Assembly (NCBI GenBank): GCA_035545855.1
Contig: DASZXK010000167.1
Coordinates: 1-26,193, forward strand
Source: Polyangiaceae bacterium
GTDB lineage: Bacteria; Myxococcota_A; Polyangia; Polyangiales; Polyangiaceae
DNA length: 26,193 nucleotides
Reading direction: 5' to 3'
Shown here: positions 25,745-26,193 of the stretch, piece by piece
Numbering within the stretch: position 1 is the first letter of the stretch
How the letters are laid out: every line of letters begins with the position of its first letter
Made by a program: the position numbers and the translations under genes
The notes under the pieces: generated by a model
The model's database searches: none
What the model was told of the DNA's origin: nothing
The model's input: only the letters and a program-made list of their open reading frames with translations

Positions 25745-25786
25745 GGATATTCCAGTTTGGAATATCGCCCCTGGAATACCCCCCCC
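25745..25786. repeat. Copy B of the inverted-repeat element, in reverse orientation relative to copy A: GGATATTCCAGTTTGGAATATC (perfect 9-3-9 palindrome) + extra half-site CTGGAATA + C8 tract. About 60-95 bp upstream of the lipoprotein ATG.
   Basis: Read directly. The reverse complement is GGGGGGGG-TATTCCAG-gggc-GATATTCCAAACTGGAATATCC, which matches copy A (G8 + spacer + GATATTCCAAACTGGAATA). Confidence 0.8.
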
Positions 25787-25832
25787 TGCATCTTGCTGCG
25801 TGCCGCTCGCGCCGTCAGGCTCGCTCGCGCCA

Positions 25833-26193
25833 TCAGGCTTGCTCGCGCCGGCCCTTGTCGTTCACGAGCGATCGCCAGGACTCGATGCGGGTCTGGATGT
25901 CCGGCGGGAAGTGGAATCTCGAGAGGCGACCGAGGAGGTGCGGCGTGTGGTCGCCGACGCGGGACTGGTCGTTGAAGACGCTCGCCGCGGCGTCGATGGC
26001 CGCTTCGGCGCTCTCGGCGTCGCCGGCCTCGGCGGCGAGCCAGGCTTCGGTCAGGAGCGAGTGCTGCTTCGGCTCGGGCTCCTTCACGCCGGCGCGATGG
26101 ATCTCCGCGAGGAGCGTGCGCGCGGCCTCGATGTGGCCACGGCCGAGCGCGATCTGGCAGAGCAGGAGCTTTGCCTCCACGACGCCCCAGGGG
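25833..26193 (-). CDS. 3' part of a gene that continues beyond the right edge of the window, hypothetical
   Basis: The open frame reaches the window end. The C-terminal 115 aa are Ala/Glu-rich and helical (LLAEIHRAGVKEPEPKQHSLLTEAWLAAEAGDAESAEAAIDAA). No family assignable from the fragment. Confidence 0.35.
   Translation of the reverse strand, partial: PWGVVEAKLLLCQIALGRGHIEAARTLLAEIHRAGVKEPEPKQHSLLTEAWLAAEAGDAESAEAAIDAAASVFNDQSRVGDHTPHLLGRLSRFHFPPDIQTRIESWRSLVNDKGRREQA

Noticed and set aside
22953-25786. The AT-rich palindromes as intrinsic terminators
   Set aside because: No U-tract follows either hairpin on either strand. Copy B is upstream of its gene, not downstream.
25771-25790. Sigma-54 promoter (-24 GG / -12 GC) in CTGGAATACCCCCCCCTGCA
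   Set aside because: The GG to GC spacing is about 15 nt where sigma-54 needs about 12. The orientation is also opposite to the downstream gene.

Overview
This is a high-GC (about 70%) bacterial chromosomal window. An 867-aa lipoprotein ending in a MYXO-CTERM-like tail (GCGC motif, hydrophobic stretch, RRRR) suggests Myxococcota. Most of the window is core metabolism and housekeeping: dapA-dapB with an ATGA overlap, thiC behind a clear TPP riboswitch, glyS, hemL, hslO (Hsp33), yacG and lgt. It also holds a GMC oxidoreductase, a DUF697-type GTPase, a PP2C phosphatase and a PIN-toxin/antitoxin pair at the left edge.

The most interesting part is a copper/denitrification locus on the minus strand. 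A small Cys-rich lipoprotein is followed by nirK (a Cu nitrite reductase fused to a C-terminal cytochrome c), a NirV-like FGE-sulfatase-family protein and an SCO1/SenC copper chaperone. The stop and start codons in this run overlap. A flotillin with four to five reiterated ~75-aa units that look like the SPFH N-terminal beta-hairpin follows, then lgt. Divergently from this locus sits a secreted lipoprotein with a PHM/DBH-like copper monooxygenase motif set (HHM ... HxH ... EMC).

Two non-coding elements stand out. The dapB/lgt convergent intergenic region carries three tandem ~71-86 bp repeats, two of which hold a perfect AT-rich 16-bp palindrome (AGTTTGTATACAAACT). The MYXO-CTERM lipoprotein gene is bracketed by a ~40 bp inverted-repeat pair, each copy a G8 tract plus GATATTCCAAACTGGAATA. 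One copy lies in the gene's own promoter and the other in the hemL promoter.

Many long alternative-frame ORFs in the track are high-GC artefacts and were rejected.
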